Origin: Pseudogymnoascus verrucosus
Lineage: Eukaryota
NCBI GenBank assembly: GCA_001662655.1
Contig: KV460242.1
Direction: 5' to 3' (one strand)
Length of the DNA: 64,000 bases
The notes beneath the pieces were generated by a model. The model was given only the letters and a program-made list of their open reading frames with translations, did not search any database and was not told the DNA's origin. The position numbers and the translations under genes are program-made. Each line of letters begins with the position of its first letter. Position 1 is the stretch's first letter. This document shows positions 24,210 to 37,100 of this stretch, in pieces.

Positions 24210-24515
24210 GGTCGAATGGTAAACACAGGATGATTATAAATAAACCTTACGCATCAATCTCTCTGTAAATACCTCGCGATGCCCATCCATCTCGAAAATG
24301 GTCGAAACGTCAGCAAGGATGATAAATAAACTTTACGCATTTGCTCTCTCTATTTACCTCGCGATGGCCCATCTCGCAAAATCCATCTCGCAAATGGTCG
24401 AAATGTTGAAAAATAAACAAGGATGATAAATAAACTTTACGCATTGCTCTCTCTCTATATACCTCTCGAAGCCCATCTCGAAAAACCCATCTCGCAATAG
24501 CCATCTCACAAAACC
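24210..24515. repeat. Degenerate tandem repeat, 3 units of ~90-115 bp
   Basis: Units start GGTCGAA at ~24210, 24300 and 24396; each has AGGATGATAAATAAACTTTACGCAT...CTCTCT...TACCTC.CGA...CCATCTCG. Confidence 0.85.
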
Positions 24516-24689
24516 CGCCCTTTATCGTGTAATTCAAGTATCATACACGTACGCCCGAACAACATGGGCTACCCTCATCAGCCAACGAACTAGTCTCGCT
24601 TTCTCTCCTCTCGTGAGAGCCTTGCACTCCCGTCGCACCACAGTGGTTGATTGGTATCAATCGATATGTTGGCGTCAACATATCACATA

Positions 24690-27053
24690 TCACTGCGGCA
24701 CGAGAACCGACAGCTCATAAATCTCGCCTGCCTGAATATTCCTAATCCTCGCCTCTGGCAAGACCTTCTCCCCTTGCGTAACCCTTACTTCCTTCACCTC
24801 GCTTGAGCGGCGGATATCCAAAACAAACGTGGCGCCTCTAAACAGACGTGTCACCTTGATAGCATCCCATGCAGATGGCAACTGCGGCTCGATGCACAAC
24901 CCCTCCGCATCACCACGCAGACCGCACAGGCCCTCGACAAAACAGCGGTAAGCCCACGACACTGTACCCGTGTTGAACAACTGACTTGACCTCCCCGCAG
25001 TTCTTGGGAACTCCTTCCAGGCGCCACGGTAATAGTTAGGGATGAACACGGGGAGCTGCCCGCGCTGTAAATAATCCTCTTCAGTTGGCCCAGGGATCAT
25101 CTGCCGTAGTAGCTTGTAAGCGCGGTCCTTCTCGCCGATGCCGTATAGACTGTAAATGTAGAAGACGGCCGCGTGGTTGTACACGGAGCCATTTTCCGCA
25201 GACCCAGCGTGCTTCTGCGTCACGCGTCCCACGTCCTCGCGCATACCGCTGAATGGGGGAGCAAACATGACAACACCATACGGTGTGCTCAGCTGCTCAT
25301 CCACCTGTGGCAGCATCTTTTCGCGCTGCTCGACGCTGGCTGCGCCGCTGAGAATGGACCATGCTTGCGGGTTGAGCCAGATGCGGCCTTCCTTGTCTTC
25401 CTTGGTCCCAAAGACTACGCCGTCGTCCGTGATGCCGCGTGAAAACCAGTCCCCATCCCACATATACTTGTTGGCAGCTGCGTTGACTTCCTCTGCGCTG
25501 GCGCGGTAGCTCGTCGCGAGCTCAGACTTGCCTTGCTGTTCGCAAACGGTAGCCCACAGATTCACCGCGTAGGCGGTGGCCAGCGTCAACCATCCTGATA
25601 CTCCCTTCCCCTTGTAACCTACCATATTCATAGGGTCGCACCAATCACCCTGAGCGATGTAGCTCAGACCACGCTCATCGCGCGCTGCCAGCAACCAATC
25701 CATTGAGCGGCCGAATCGCTCAAACGCAGTGTAATTGTCGCCATGCATGCCGGGAATCTGCTCATCAAGCAGGGCGTAGTCGGCTGTCTCGGCAAGATAC
25801 AAATCCAGCGCAACCGCCAACCATACGCAATGATCCGTGTGTGGGACCTGGTTGATATACTTGAGTTCCGCGCCTTCGGCCAACAGGATCCCGTCTGGCA
25901 TCCCGCCATCGAGGTCTTGCTGAGCAAGCGAAATCATAAAAGCTTTGCGTGCCACTTCGGGTTTGAGAAAGTTCATGCCCATGTTGTCTTGGAGATAATT
26001 GCGCGTTTGCGGGTCCGTGGTCAGGCGGTTCACGTCTCCGTGATAATACACCTGACGGGGCAGCCAGTTGTTGACGAAGTTGTCCAGATCTTTATCTGGG
26101 GTTTCGATTTGCAGACAACCCCGCCCCAGCTCGATATACCGGGCATAGTCGCTCGCGGCCTGAGAAAATCCTTCTTTGCTCAAGTATTTCTCACGCATAG
26201 AGCGGATCTCAGCATCGTCCAGCGCGGGCCCGAAAAGGAAACGGTATTCACGCTCGCCATCGGCTTCCAGAGTCTCGCGGTACTGCACGGCAGCAGAGGG
26301 TGTTTCATACCGCGCATCACCACCGCCCAGCTCTGGCTTCATCACCGCCGAGGGGGCATGTAGACCGCCCTCGCCTTCAAACACCTTCTGCACTGTTTCC
26401 CACGAGTTGGGCGGCGTCTCGCACAGGAAGTAAGTTTTATCCTTCAGTAACTTGTTCTTGAAGTAGTCTTCCGCCTTTTGATAAGGCGTGATGCTGGTCC
26501 CCACCACGGCTCCCAGGTCCGGACGGTATTCTGCAGACTGGTTCATCCACGACATATTGCCGAATGGGAAATATGGGTAGACGCTGATCTTGCGCGGACG
26601 GCCGGACAGATTGGTCACCTTCACCGTCCACATCTCCACCACGTCCTGCGTGGGCAAGCCCAACGTCATCTCCACACGAATCCCCAACTTCTCCACCGTC
26701 CACACAATATCGCTTTTGCCCGCTGAGAACAAGAACTTGTCCACAAGCCCGCGCACAGGCTCATACGGTGCGGAGAACAGCTGGTCCGTCTCCTCGTCCT
26801 TAATATAGACGAAGCGGCCGGGGTGATGTGAATAGTAGTCTTGTTCTGGCTGCATGAAGGTTTTGGCTTCCAGATTGGGCGCATGAGCGTACTTTGCCGG
26901 CTCGGGCTGCATGAACTGTGCAGTGGCATAGCCGCGACAGGTGATCTGGATCATCATTTTCTGGTTCCAGAGGAAGCCGCCTGCGTTGGGCATGGCGGTT
27001 GGACTTGACAGGTCATAGCGGAGACCATCTTTGGAGGGACCGAGAGGCAGCAT
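24690..27053 (-). CDS. GH94 phosphorylase, cellobionic acid phosphorylase (NdvB/CBAP-like), intronless, 787 aa
   Basis: [37 protein letters not shown]-terminus; [20 protein letters not shown] (catalytic DWxD), [19 protein letters not shown]; matches my recollection of bacterial and Neurospora cellobionate phosphorylases. Confidence 0.85.
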   Translation of the reverse strand: MLPLGPSKDGLRYDLSSPTAMPNAGGFLWNQKMMIQITCRGYATAQFMQPEPAKYAHAPNLEAKTFMQPEQDYYSHHPGRFVYIKDEETDQLFSAPYEPVRGLVDKFLFSAGKSDIVWTVEKLGIRVEMTLGLPTQDVVEMWTVKVTNLSGRPRKISVYPYFPFGNMSWMNQSAEYRPDLGAVVGTSITPYQKAEDYFKNKLLKDKTYFLCETPPNSWETVQKVFEGEGGLHAPSAVMKPELGGGDARYETPSAAVQYRETLEADGEREYRFLFGPALDDAEIRSMREKYLSKEGFSQAASDYARYIELGRGCLQIETPDKDLDNFVNNWLPRQVYYHGDVNRLTTDPQTRNYLQDNMGMNFLKPEVARKAFMISLAQQDLDGGMPDGILLAEGAELKYINQVPHTDHCVWLAVALDLYLAETADYALLDEQIPGMHGDNYTAFERFGRSMDWLLAARDERGLSYIAQGDWCDPMNMVGYKGKGVSGWLTLATAYAVNLWATVCEQQGKSELATSYRASAEEVNAAANKYMWDGDWFSRGITDDGVVFGTKEDKEGRIWLNPQAWSILSGAASVEQREKMLPQVDEQLSTPYGVVMFAPPFSGMREDVGRVTQKHAGSAENGSVYNHAAVFYIYSLYGIGEKDRAYKLLRQMIPGPTEEDYLQRGQLPVFIPNYYRGAWKEFPRTAGRSSQLFNTGTVSWAYRCFVEGLCGLRGDAEGLCIEPQLPSAWDAIKVTRLFRGATFVLDIRRSSEVKEVRVTQGEKVLPEARIRNIQAGEIYELSVLVPQ

Positions 27054-28246
27054 TGTAAGTTCTGGGAGGAGGGGTATAGTTGCCAGACCGAGGGTTGTTG
27101 AGGTGGACGGTTGAGGTTATAAGAAAGTTTATGGCCACTTTGACAGATCTAAGTTTTGTGATCCTTGCTAAGCGCGTCAATGGTTTCACGGATTATGTCC
27201 GTTCCACGGTCCGACCTCGGGCTCGGAGACTGGGAACTTAAAGTTTGGAGGTCATTCCCGCGGCGTGTTATAGTCACGGCGGTAAGACACCAAGGGGGGC
27301 GGCATAGGAACTGTGGTATTGATTGGGTTACATATAAACTGGTATCATTAAACCCAGACCATACTGGCCTTGACTACTTCCACCCCAAACCATACTGCAG
27401 CATAACAAAGAAATATCAGTTGCTCTCACGATGGTGATGTGCGTCCATATAATTCCACAATCCCGGTGTCAGGGTGAGGGGTGAAGGTGAGATTCCCCAC
27501 GGCGGGTAAAGTCCTAGTACGGGATTACGGGCGGAGTTTCCGAAATTATATGGGGTAGACCCTGGAATAAGTTTAGTGCAAGATAGATTGGCGTATCACG
27601 TGGCGAGGATCTCCACCACCCCACAAACAAATATAGGTTCTCAGCTTGGGGTGTATGTCGACCACTTAATAAGGGCCAAGACATTGAGGAGGCAACATTT
27701 CCAATGCCGGCCGTAGCTCTTCGCTCTCACCATCTCCACTAGCAATGGCTGGGGTGCTTTTATATAGCACCCAGCCTGCGTGTCAACGTCTGACCGCCAG
27801 TAAAACATCCCCAGTGAATACGAAGAGATCAGATATAAAATATGAGAGATGGGATTTAGACTATAATACCAGAATCAGACTATGCCCATACTAATTACCA
27901 GCCATCCATGCTCTCTCTCCATGCTCATACTAGTTACCCCCATCTTCCCGACTCCATAAAATTCCCATATAACGTCTCAGCGCCCCTATCCATCCTCTAA
28001 CCCCGCAGTCCGTCTGTCTCATGATATCATTCATACATAGCCCTCATAAAAAACAACCCCGTCATGAAAGTCGCGTGCAGCGCAAAAACGCAGAAAAAGA
28101 ACCGCAAGATGCAGGAAGAACGAGGAAAAGGGAAAGAAAAAAAATGTGTACAAGCAAAAAAACGCTGTGTATCTCCTTGCTTCCTCCTCCTGGCCCCTCT
28201 CTCTACTACCAGCAGTAGAGACGGGTCATATAACCCCCACTCTGCT

Positions 28247-31200
28247 TTAATAATAATTCCTCATCGCATCCTCGTACCCAGTCCCACCCTTGAGATCCCT
28301 CTCAAAAGCGAGCGCAACATCAAGCACACGGCGGATATGCACCATGCTGAGCGGCTCCTTCTGGTTGACAGCGAGGGCCTGCGCAGTGCGCACGGTATTC
28401 TTGATCTGTCGTCCGTTGAGGTTGTGCTTGGCGAGGTCGTTGAAGTCTGCCTCGCTGAAGGGCAGCGTGTCTGTGCCTTCGAGGACGCGCACTTTCTCGA
28501 GGAACATCTGGAAGACGGCCTTCTTGGCTTTGGTGGAGAGCTCGCCGTAGCGGAGGGCGATGTGGATGCGCGATTGGAAGGCGTCGTCGAAGGTCTAAGG
28601 AGTTAGTTAGTGGGGTTCTCCTGTAATGCTTCTGGGGGTAGGATAGGGATTAACATACCTCGACGCGGTTGGTGGTTAGGAAAAGGATGCCCTGGAAGTA
28701 CTCCAGCAAGCGGAGGAAGATGCTCACGAGCGCGTTGCGGTGAATATCCTGGATCGTTCGCTTCTCGAGGAAGACGTCGGCCTCGTCAAGCAGCAACACG
28801 CAGCCCCATGTCATGCTGATATCAAGGATCTTCTGCAGCTCCGCCTCGAGAGTGCGCGGGTCAGTGCCCAGCTCACCAGCCGAAACCATATACAGTGGGC
28901 ACTTCAGAAGCTCAGCGATACCCTCAGCTGTAAGGGTTTTACCCGTCCCAGGAGGGCCGTGCAACACCGCCACAAGGCCCTTACCCTTGCCTTGGATGAC
29001 ATCGTCGATGCTCTCGGTCGGGTGATACTTGTGGGACTCAACGAGCGCCTTGACGATGTCCTTGGCGTTGTTCTCGAGAACGAGGGACTCGTAGGCCCCG
29101 TCGTTCCAGACAATCTCTTTGATACCCGAGACCGTGAATTCGAGCCACAACTTCTCGCTGAAAGCAAAGCCGAGAACAACAGGCGAGGCGATCAGGTACT
29201 CTTCTTCAGTGAAGACAGGGATAGGCTTCTTCCCATCCGTCTTATCTTCGGAGTCCTGGTCTTGCTCAGCAACCGCCTGTAGGTTCTCAGGCTTGATTTC
29301 TTGGCCATCGGCATCCACCGGAACTTGGACGACATGGACATTTTTCTTGTCATCCATAACAACCTTAATCTTCATCTTGGGCTCGTCGACATCATCCATC
29401 CCAGCTTGCTTGTTATCGTCGTCAGAGTCATCGCACTCGCATCCGCAATCGGAATCCTCTTCGTCTGAAGAATCCTCAAGTTCGTTGGGATCCTTCGGCT
29501 TGACGGTGCTGACCTGGTAATTGGGGTTGATGCGTCGATGGATCGCCGGGTCAATCATAATTCGGCCATTGATATTGACCTTGATGACCTGTCGCTTCTT
29601 CTTGTAATATGCAAGGCCTTCGTGACTCTTGTAATGAACACCCTGCAAGGAGACGAACTTCTTGCCGCGGTCAATAAGCTCCTTGCGCACCTTCTCCTCG
29701 TCCTTGTGGTACTTGAGGGGGTAGCAGGCGAGGCTGGTAATTTTACGTGCACCCTTGAACGCCGGGACATCACAGTCCATCGTGCCCATTCCCCAGGCCT
29801 TGCCATCATACTCGAGATACTTGCCCTCGATGCTATACCACTCTCCTTTCATGAAACTGCATTCCTTCTCGGCATATTCGATCTTGAAAGCGCGTGGCTC
29901 ATCCAGCGTCCCATAGGTCGTGGTGTAGGCAAGGGTATTCGGCTTGTACAGAGCCCAGAGGTAGTCGAAGGTGATAAGACCAGATTCCAGCATCGGGTAT
30001 AGGGTCTTTTTGGTTTCCGCATAGTCCTTGTCCAGATACTTGAGGAGGACCTTGAGATGCTTGATCTTCTCATCATTCTTCTTGATCTCCTTCTTTTTCA
30101 TCTTTACTTCGCCCTTGCGCTTTCCCTTGAGGTCTTTCATGAGCTTTCGAAGATCCTCAAGGTAAAGGAAGAGGAGGTTCGGGTCGATTGCCGGAGCTTC
30201 TTCAACCAAGCTCACTCCCTTCACTCCATCCATGACACCATTCAATGCTTCCTTCAACAGCTTACTCTTAATGTCAATCAGGGTGGTCTTGTACTTTCCT
30301 TCCCAGTCAAATGTTCGCCTGACATTGAACAGGTACTGGTCGTATTCGGCAGACTCCTCATCTTCAGCCGTATCTGTGAGCTTGTAGTTGTGGATTGTGC
30401 TATCCCACAGCTGATCCACCCTCTTGAACTCCAGCTTTGAGCCTCGCTTCTTCGATTTCGCTTTCTTATCCTTCTTCAGCTTCTGGCCCAATGCATCCAG
30501 GCCAAGTTTAGCGTTCTGCTGCGCCTGAATCCGGGCTGCCATGCCGGCGCGTGCGCGGCCACCTCGGAGGCCACGGTTTAGGCCCCTTCCACCCGCTGGA
30601 GGATAATAGGTCGGGGGAACAGGCTGTCCTAATTGCTGTTGAAGAAGTTGTAGTTGAAGTAGCTTGGTATTGATATCCTGGTCATCGGACAAGTCTTCGT
30701 CAACGCTGTCGGAGGTCTCATCGGTGCTGTCACTGTCGGAGTCCGAATCTGAGGAATCCTGCCATATAATTAGTAATTTGCAGAGGCATGATCGTCACGA
30801 AGTGGTAGGTTCCCACGATCATGGAACGCGTTCTTAGAACTCACATCTTTTGCCGCCTTCTTCTTTGATTTGGCCTTCTTCTTGTCCTTCGCCTTTTGTT
30901 TGGCCTTTTTCTTCTCCTTCAGCTTGCGCTTCGCCTTCTGCTTCTTGGTTTCCATCTCTGTGTCGGAGGAGTCGGAGGAGCTTGACGAAGAGCTATCACT
31001 CGAGTCGTCGTCGCTGCTATCACTTGAATCGTCCGAAGAGTCATCGCTGCTGCTATCGACCTCCTTTGCCTTCTTCGACTTTGACTTCTTGGCCGGCTTG
31101 CCACAGTCCTTGGCCTTCAGCTTCGACTTCTTGGACTTGGCAGTCTTTGTGGTAGCGGCTGAGCTCTGCCTTGCCTTGGTCTCTGTTTGTCCCGGGCTGC

Positions 31201-31270
31201 TGCTCTCGGATGTCACCGGCGTGTTATCGCCGGGAGCCACGACCTCCTTGTCCAATTGTTGGTTATCCAT
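28247..31270 (-). CDS. AAA+ ATPase (fungal DUF7025-type) with Lys/Ser/Asp-rich N-terminus; introns ~30759-30844 and ~28595-28658
   Basis: Walker A LHGPPGTGKTLTAE, Walker B LLLDEADVFL, FLRLLEYFQGILFLTTNRV, FDDAFQSRIH, LNGRQIKN. Confidence 0.9.
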
Positions 31271-34115
31271 ATCTTGTCCTATAGCAGAGTCGAGGTGGTT
31301 GGGGGAGTCCACTGTGTCGTGGATTTGAACGTATATCAAGGGCACCGTCTCACGATGCTTGGTTTGCCGATTCGGAGTTTGGCAGACCTATCAATTTGAG
31401 ATGGTTAGCCAGATGTTACAGGACACGATGGCATATGAGCCAGCTGATGGAATCCTGTGAAACCCGTTCTGTTGGATGTGCTGGTTGTCGACCTTTCTTT
31501 CCGTGGTTGCAAAAGAGAGAAGAAAGGCAGCATGGGAGGGCATTTACCTCTTGTATAGAATTATAAATGTCTCAGCGAGCTTCGTTAATCGTTAGTCGTG
31601 CCTGGTGGAAAAAGGCGGTGGTGACAGGTGAGGCCAGAGAGTAAAACAAGGCACAAAGAGAGTATGTGAGAGAAGAGCGAAGATGAAGAAGACGGTGAGA
31701 TATATGTCTTAGCTACGAGTACACAGAAAGACGAGGTGAAAGGAAGTGTCACTCGGCGTGGGCGACGTCAGCTCTTAAAAAGAAGCTGGTGAGTGGCAGG
31801 GTAGGTAGGGTAGGCAGGGAGGGAGAACAGGCAGAAATATGGAGTTAGGTCGGTATTGGAATGTGGAATGTATGTATGGTGCGTTGTGATGGCGTTGTAA
31901 CAGTGCAGTAGTGGTACTGCAGCAACTGTACGCCAATGAAGCTATAGCAGTGGCTGCCTTGTCGTTAGAGTGTGCATTAGGAGGATGCAGGATGGAGGCA
32001 GGATGGAGGCAGGATGGAGGAGGGAGATGCAACTCTTGACGCTGGAGTCTTTGGGTCTTGATTTGACGGTTTGAGGGAGGTAAGAGAGTGGAGGTATGGA
32101 GGGATGGTGAATGAGGCTGCGTCTAGCCTGGCACAAATTCTGTATGGCCGTTGTATGGCTGTTGTATGGAGGCTGAATGGAGGTTGTATGGAGGTTGTAT
32201 GGGGGATTGTATGGAGCTGTTGTGGCGATACTGGAGTGAGGCTGCCGGCGGGAAGGCTGTGTGTGGGGAAAGGGAAGGGAGGGGCGGTTGGGATGGGATG
32301 GGATGGGATGGTTGGGGATGGTAGGGAATGTACTTCACGATTAGAGAGAAAATACAATCTCCGCGGCACAATCATGTCATTGTCAACAAGTATCATACCG
32401 CTATCAGCAAAGTACTTTCTCCAACATCTCACTGCTGCTGGAAACGTTAGAAGCTCCAGTTGGCGCGCGGTGAACAGTCACAGCGGTCCCAATCGTCCCA
32501 ATTTAGGCAAGGTCAGCGCTAAAACAGCCCGGGCCCCAGCTAACAAGGCCCAGGTCACGGGGTACCTGGCCCCAACTCACCGGCGGCCCCTGCTAGCGCC
32601 ATGGTTGCCTGTAAGGCAGACGTCGGCCAATCGATTACGGGTACGACGAAGCCTGAAGCCGCCCTGGATGGTTCTGTTCCTTGATAACTTCATCTTCATC
32701 TTTTGTCCATCTCCGCTCAGCTTCAATATGTGTGCATATAAGGGCGTACATATATATTAAAATGTGTATATATTACACTGCACTATATGGCCTTACACAT
32801 AGTATGCACAAGCTTGTCCTGTTGCCCCAACCCAGCTGAACGCACTACAGCTCCTGCCAGGATGAATAATCCAACATACTCTGAGCAAATCCACCTGCGG
32901 CCTCCATGCAGCCATCCATAACCTTCCGGCGCCTTGTGAGACGCCCATCTCGTTGCCGCGCATACGCACGAGAATACCCAAGAAATGCGGTAATGGACGA
33001 TAATAACTGGGCAGTACCAAATCCGAATATAGCTTCCAACAGCATGGCATGACCGTGGCCACCGTCTCACAACCTCCAAGGCAGACCACCGAGAAGACAG
33101 AATTCCCCGAGATCGACGGCATCTGATTATGAAACGGATTTACACTTATTAGAAATATCAATCTGCTGTCCCCCTTCTTGACAAAAAAAATAACCCGACG
33201 ATGCGATATCACAGTGACACTCCACGTTGCATACCCAAACCCAACCCCACACCGCGGCCCGTCACCGCTCTTCCCCGACCGACCGCCCTCCACCGCCGAG
33301 CATTCTCCACACCGCAACCCGCGACTCGCTAACCCTCAACAGCTACCGTTGCTGCACACGCACGCCCGAGAGGTGCAGTTTCTCCGCAAAAAGAAATACT
33401 GACCCAGGTTGCCCCTTTCTGTGATATATGCCGTGCCTGCATTTGTGGGAATGGATGCTGTGGGGGTTCACCATGAACTATGGCGTGTTGTTGTGGGAAT
33501 AGTTGCCGCGGGCACCCACGATGGGACTCTCCCACGATGAAGTATGGCGTGTTTTACGGCAAGAAGTGGCTGACCACCATAGCAGAGCTTTTTGGGCTGT
33601 ACAGGTACTGCATGCTGTGATGCGGTTGTGTCTGGGGCGTTGGGCTATTTCTAATAAAGAGAAGGGCAAGGTACGGTAGGTTTATTTTATCCCCATTGTT
33701 CACAATATAGTCCAGCAAGAATACATTATTTTCAAAGCAATTCTTTGCAGTTACCATCTAGCTAATGTGCAATGAGCTCATCTTGCCAGCAGTGCACAAC
33801 CGGCGAGCAATACATCCATTTCCCCGAGCAAATTTATCAGGGAATAAGCCCTTTCGGTGCTCGTAACGAAAAGCCATGCATGAGGGCAATAACTTCCACA
33901 TCGGAGTCTAAAACTCGCAACTACCCCATACACAAGGAAATCCTAGCTGGCTTCTCGACCACTCTTGGTATCAGTGAACCCATCCGTATCGCAAAAGCAA
34001 CGAAACGTCCGTCTCTATCATCCACCCCCTGGCATAAAAGCAACTGCAACCGCCTCAAGCATCCACCGTGCGTTCCATGGACCCCCATAACACGACAACC
34101 TCACCAAACTGGCAC

Positions 34116-37100
34116 CTAATCACTCACACTATCTTCGTAGCTCGATATCTCATTCTCATCCTCCATCACCTGCTCATCCATCTTCCGCTTCCTGCTCTCC
34201 TTCTCCCTAGCCTTTGCGGTTCTCTTGTCCTCACAACCAAGACACCCGCAGTAATCCTTCATTACCGCTCTCTTCTCCGTCGGCTCATTCTTATACTCCG
34301 GGTACGCGTTTTCGTAGCCGGCAATAAGACCCGAGTTCAGGTCGTCGTACGCTTGGATGGCATCCTGGAGATTCGCGAACTCGACCAGAGCCTGCTTTCC
34401 CTCAGATTGCAGGACGTAATTCTGCTGTGGCGTGATGAGAGAGGTGCGCACGAGAATCGTGCCAAAGCACTCGGAGAGTTCTTGGAAGACAACACGGTTG
34501 GACTTCTCCTTCGGGATGTGAGAGAGGAGTATGCACCGCCTGGCCACGGAGATGCTGTGTTTAAGGAGATTGGGCTGGGCGGGGAGGATGGCCTGGGATT
34601 CTGCGCCTCTGAACCACGAGGCCTCGATCTGAAGGTCCCTGATAGCGTGTCCTGTGCCTTTCTCTCTTATGTTACGGACATGGTGCACGAATGAGCGTGC
34701 CTCCCTCGTGTGCATGAAGACGACCACTGCCGTTCGCATTCCAGGGTGTAGTTGGAACTCCTGCACTACCCCACCAAATACCTTGTTTGCAATGGCGCCT
34801 GGTGTGAATTTTGGCAGCACATTGCCTGGAGCCATGTGAGATTCCTGGACGGCATGGAGGCGCACCGTGACGACACGGCCGCGCTCTTCCATATTCTTAC
34901 TCGCACGGTTATATAGTAGTTGTTGGAGCTCAGTGAGTGGGGGTGATGGGATGTCAATATCCGTTGGAATTCTGAGCGCAGGAGAGTCGTCATAGGCAGC
35001 AATGAGTTCAGCGAGTCCGTTCGCTGCGTTAGTTCCATCGCTTGATCGGTCAGTGCCTGTGCCATTGAAAATGTGGCGATCGAGGGGGGCATTGCGGAGG
35101 CCTCTGACAGTGGAGGATGCGTCGTTTCCGTCGTCTGTGGTACACCACGAGTTGGAAGATGTGGCAGGGGATGGTTGCATAGATTGGCGAGGTCCAGTAA
35201 CTGGGTTTCCGGTACCAGAACCGCCCGAATACAGACTTGGACGTGACTTGGAGCGATGGTTATTATGCAATCTGTCGGGGAGCCTAAAGCTTGGTTCTGC
35301 GGCCATTGAGCCGACCATCGAGCCAGCCATCGAGCCAGCCATTGACCCAGCTACAGAGGCGGATTTAGAGGACGAGCGCGTCCGAGACGAAGACCTCGAA
35401 AACTTAGGTGCGTCAATATCGACCAGACGCTCCAACATCTCTTGCCAACTATCATCACCCAGCCTAGGAGTTCGGGAGCCACCACTGGTGCCCCCAACCG
35501 GCGGGTCATCGCAGTCACCCAGCACTCCCCAGGTGTCAAGAGTGTCACCAGTTCCTGTGGTTCCCAATGAGGTACTGGCGTTGTCCTTTTCTTTCTGCTT
35601 TGCTTTATCGGCAAGGATGGCTCTCATACGCTCTTTTTCCTTTCTACGGGAGATTCGTCTCTCATAGAATTTCGGAAGGTAGTGCAGCTCATGCTGGTCG
35701 CTTTCATCTGCGCCTGCTTTCTTTTGCCAGAGATCGATGGGTTGACGGATGAGTGTCAATCGTTCCATGCGGTCCTCAAGGGGCATGGCCTGCCACGCGT
35801 GGTATTCTTTGGTCGCACGTATCATTTCGCCGTCGCGTGTTTGGAGCATTTCAGAGAACCCCCGTCGATAGCGCTTCTTTACCTGACCCAAATCCTCGCC
35901 ATCGTATTCTCCCCTCTCGTTCATCTTGCGTGTTCGTGTCTCGGTCTTCATTTCGACCTCGACAGTATTGCCATCGCCGAACTCGTTAATGTATACCACT
36001 GGTGCCTTGTTTTGTGGGAGCCAGCCGCCTTGGTTTCGCCGCTCAAACGTCGTTGGTGCAGGACGGGCATCATGCATAGCATTGATGTTGTCTATGAAGT
36101 TTTTTCTCACGTCTGGATCTATCTGGCTAGATTGGTCGTGAGCCGTTTCATCTGTGACCACGCTACCTTGCGGCAAGGTGGGGTGATGTTCCATGACACT
36201 TGGCTCAGAAGGAGGAGCGTTAGGAGAACTAGGGATAGAAGATATATCAATATAGTCATCAATTGACTCGGCCCTATCTCGACGAGATTGCCTGTCAAGC
36301 TTCTGAAGGGATTTTTCAGTAAGACCTCCAACCTCCGGTGCCTTTTTCTCCTTGACTTCCGCCGCAACCACTACGCGAGAGGTTCCAAACGTTGCAGCGA
36401 GAGGGGTGTTTCTTGCATCGGAGGGATTCCACATATACGTTTCCGGTGCATTCTCTTCCACTGCTTCCTGGTCTCCCTCTTCATATTTGACGGCCCCTGT
36501 TTTCGGATCTAGAGTGGTCCAAGTTTTCTTCAGGGGCACATTTTCCGCTTGGTACGAGCCGAACTGGAAGCCACGCGGAATCTCAGCGTAAGGGTCGACC
36601 TTTGGCTTGAATGGCATAAGTCCCGGTGCAATAGGTGGAGCCCTCTTTCCTCGTCGTCCCTGATGCTGATCGTTTCTGCGGCCGACAGGGTTGTCAACTA
36701 TCGGAGACCCTCTTCCTATCCCAGATGATGAAGGTGGTCCACCTCCCCAGAGTCGGTTATTGGGGTCAGTGGTTTTTGTGTCACCCTGCCTCGTAAATTT
36801 AAGGCTGCTGTGGTTGGAGAAGGAGTCTTCGTCCTCATTGTCATCGTCCGCGAACCTCTTCATCACGTTGTGTGTGCCCTTTCCAAGACTCGACGTAATG
36901 TTTGAAACATGTGCTGCTTTGCCGTCCGAATCATCATCTCCTTCGAAGTCACTGTCCTCTAACAGACTATATGGGCCTAAATCGCAGTGAGTTTCGTAAT
37001 CATAAGAGACCAAATTCAATGCTTACCAGCACCAGCACCGCCCCTCAAGGAAACCTCAAAATTGGGGTATTCATAAATAGGGCCGGCTTCGTCAACCGCT

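Noticed and set aside
24210..24515. CRISPR-like array
   Set aside because: Eukaryotic context, no cas genes, and the sequences between the conserved cores are themselves homologous rather than unique spacers
2442..27100. Starship giant transposon carrying the accessory block
   Set aside because: No DUF3435 tyrosine-recombinase captain or typical Starship auxiliary genes are visible at either boundary
31775..33760. Several 60-230 aa ORFs in the long intergenic region
   Set aside because: They derive from simple repeats (GGATGGAGGCA, GGATG, GTTGTATGG) and non-ATG starts, with no domain signal
36977..37026. Programmed frameshift between overlapping ORFs 37016-37756 and 34116-37019
   Set aside because: A canonical GTAAGC...CTCAC...TAG intron joins them in frame
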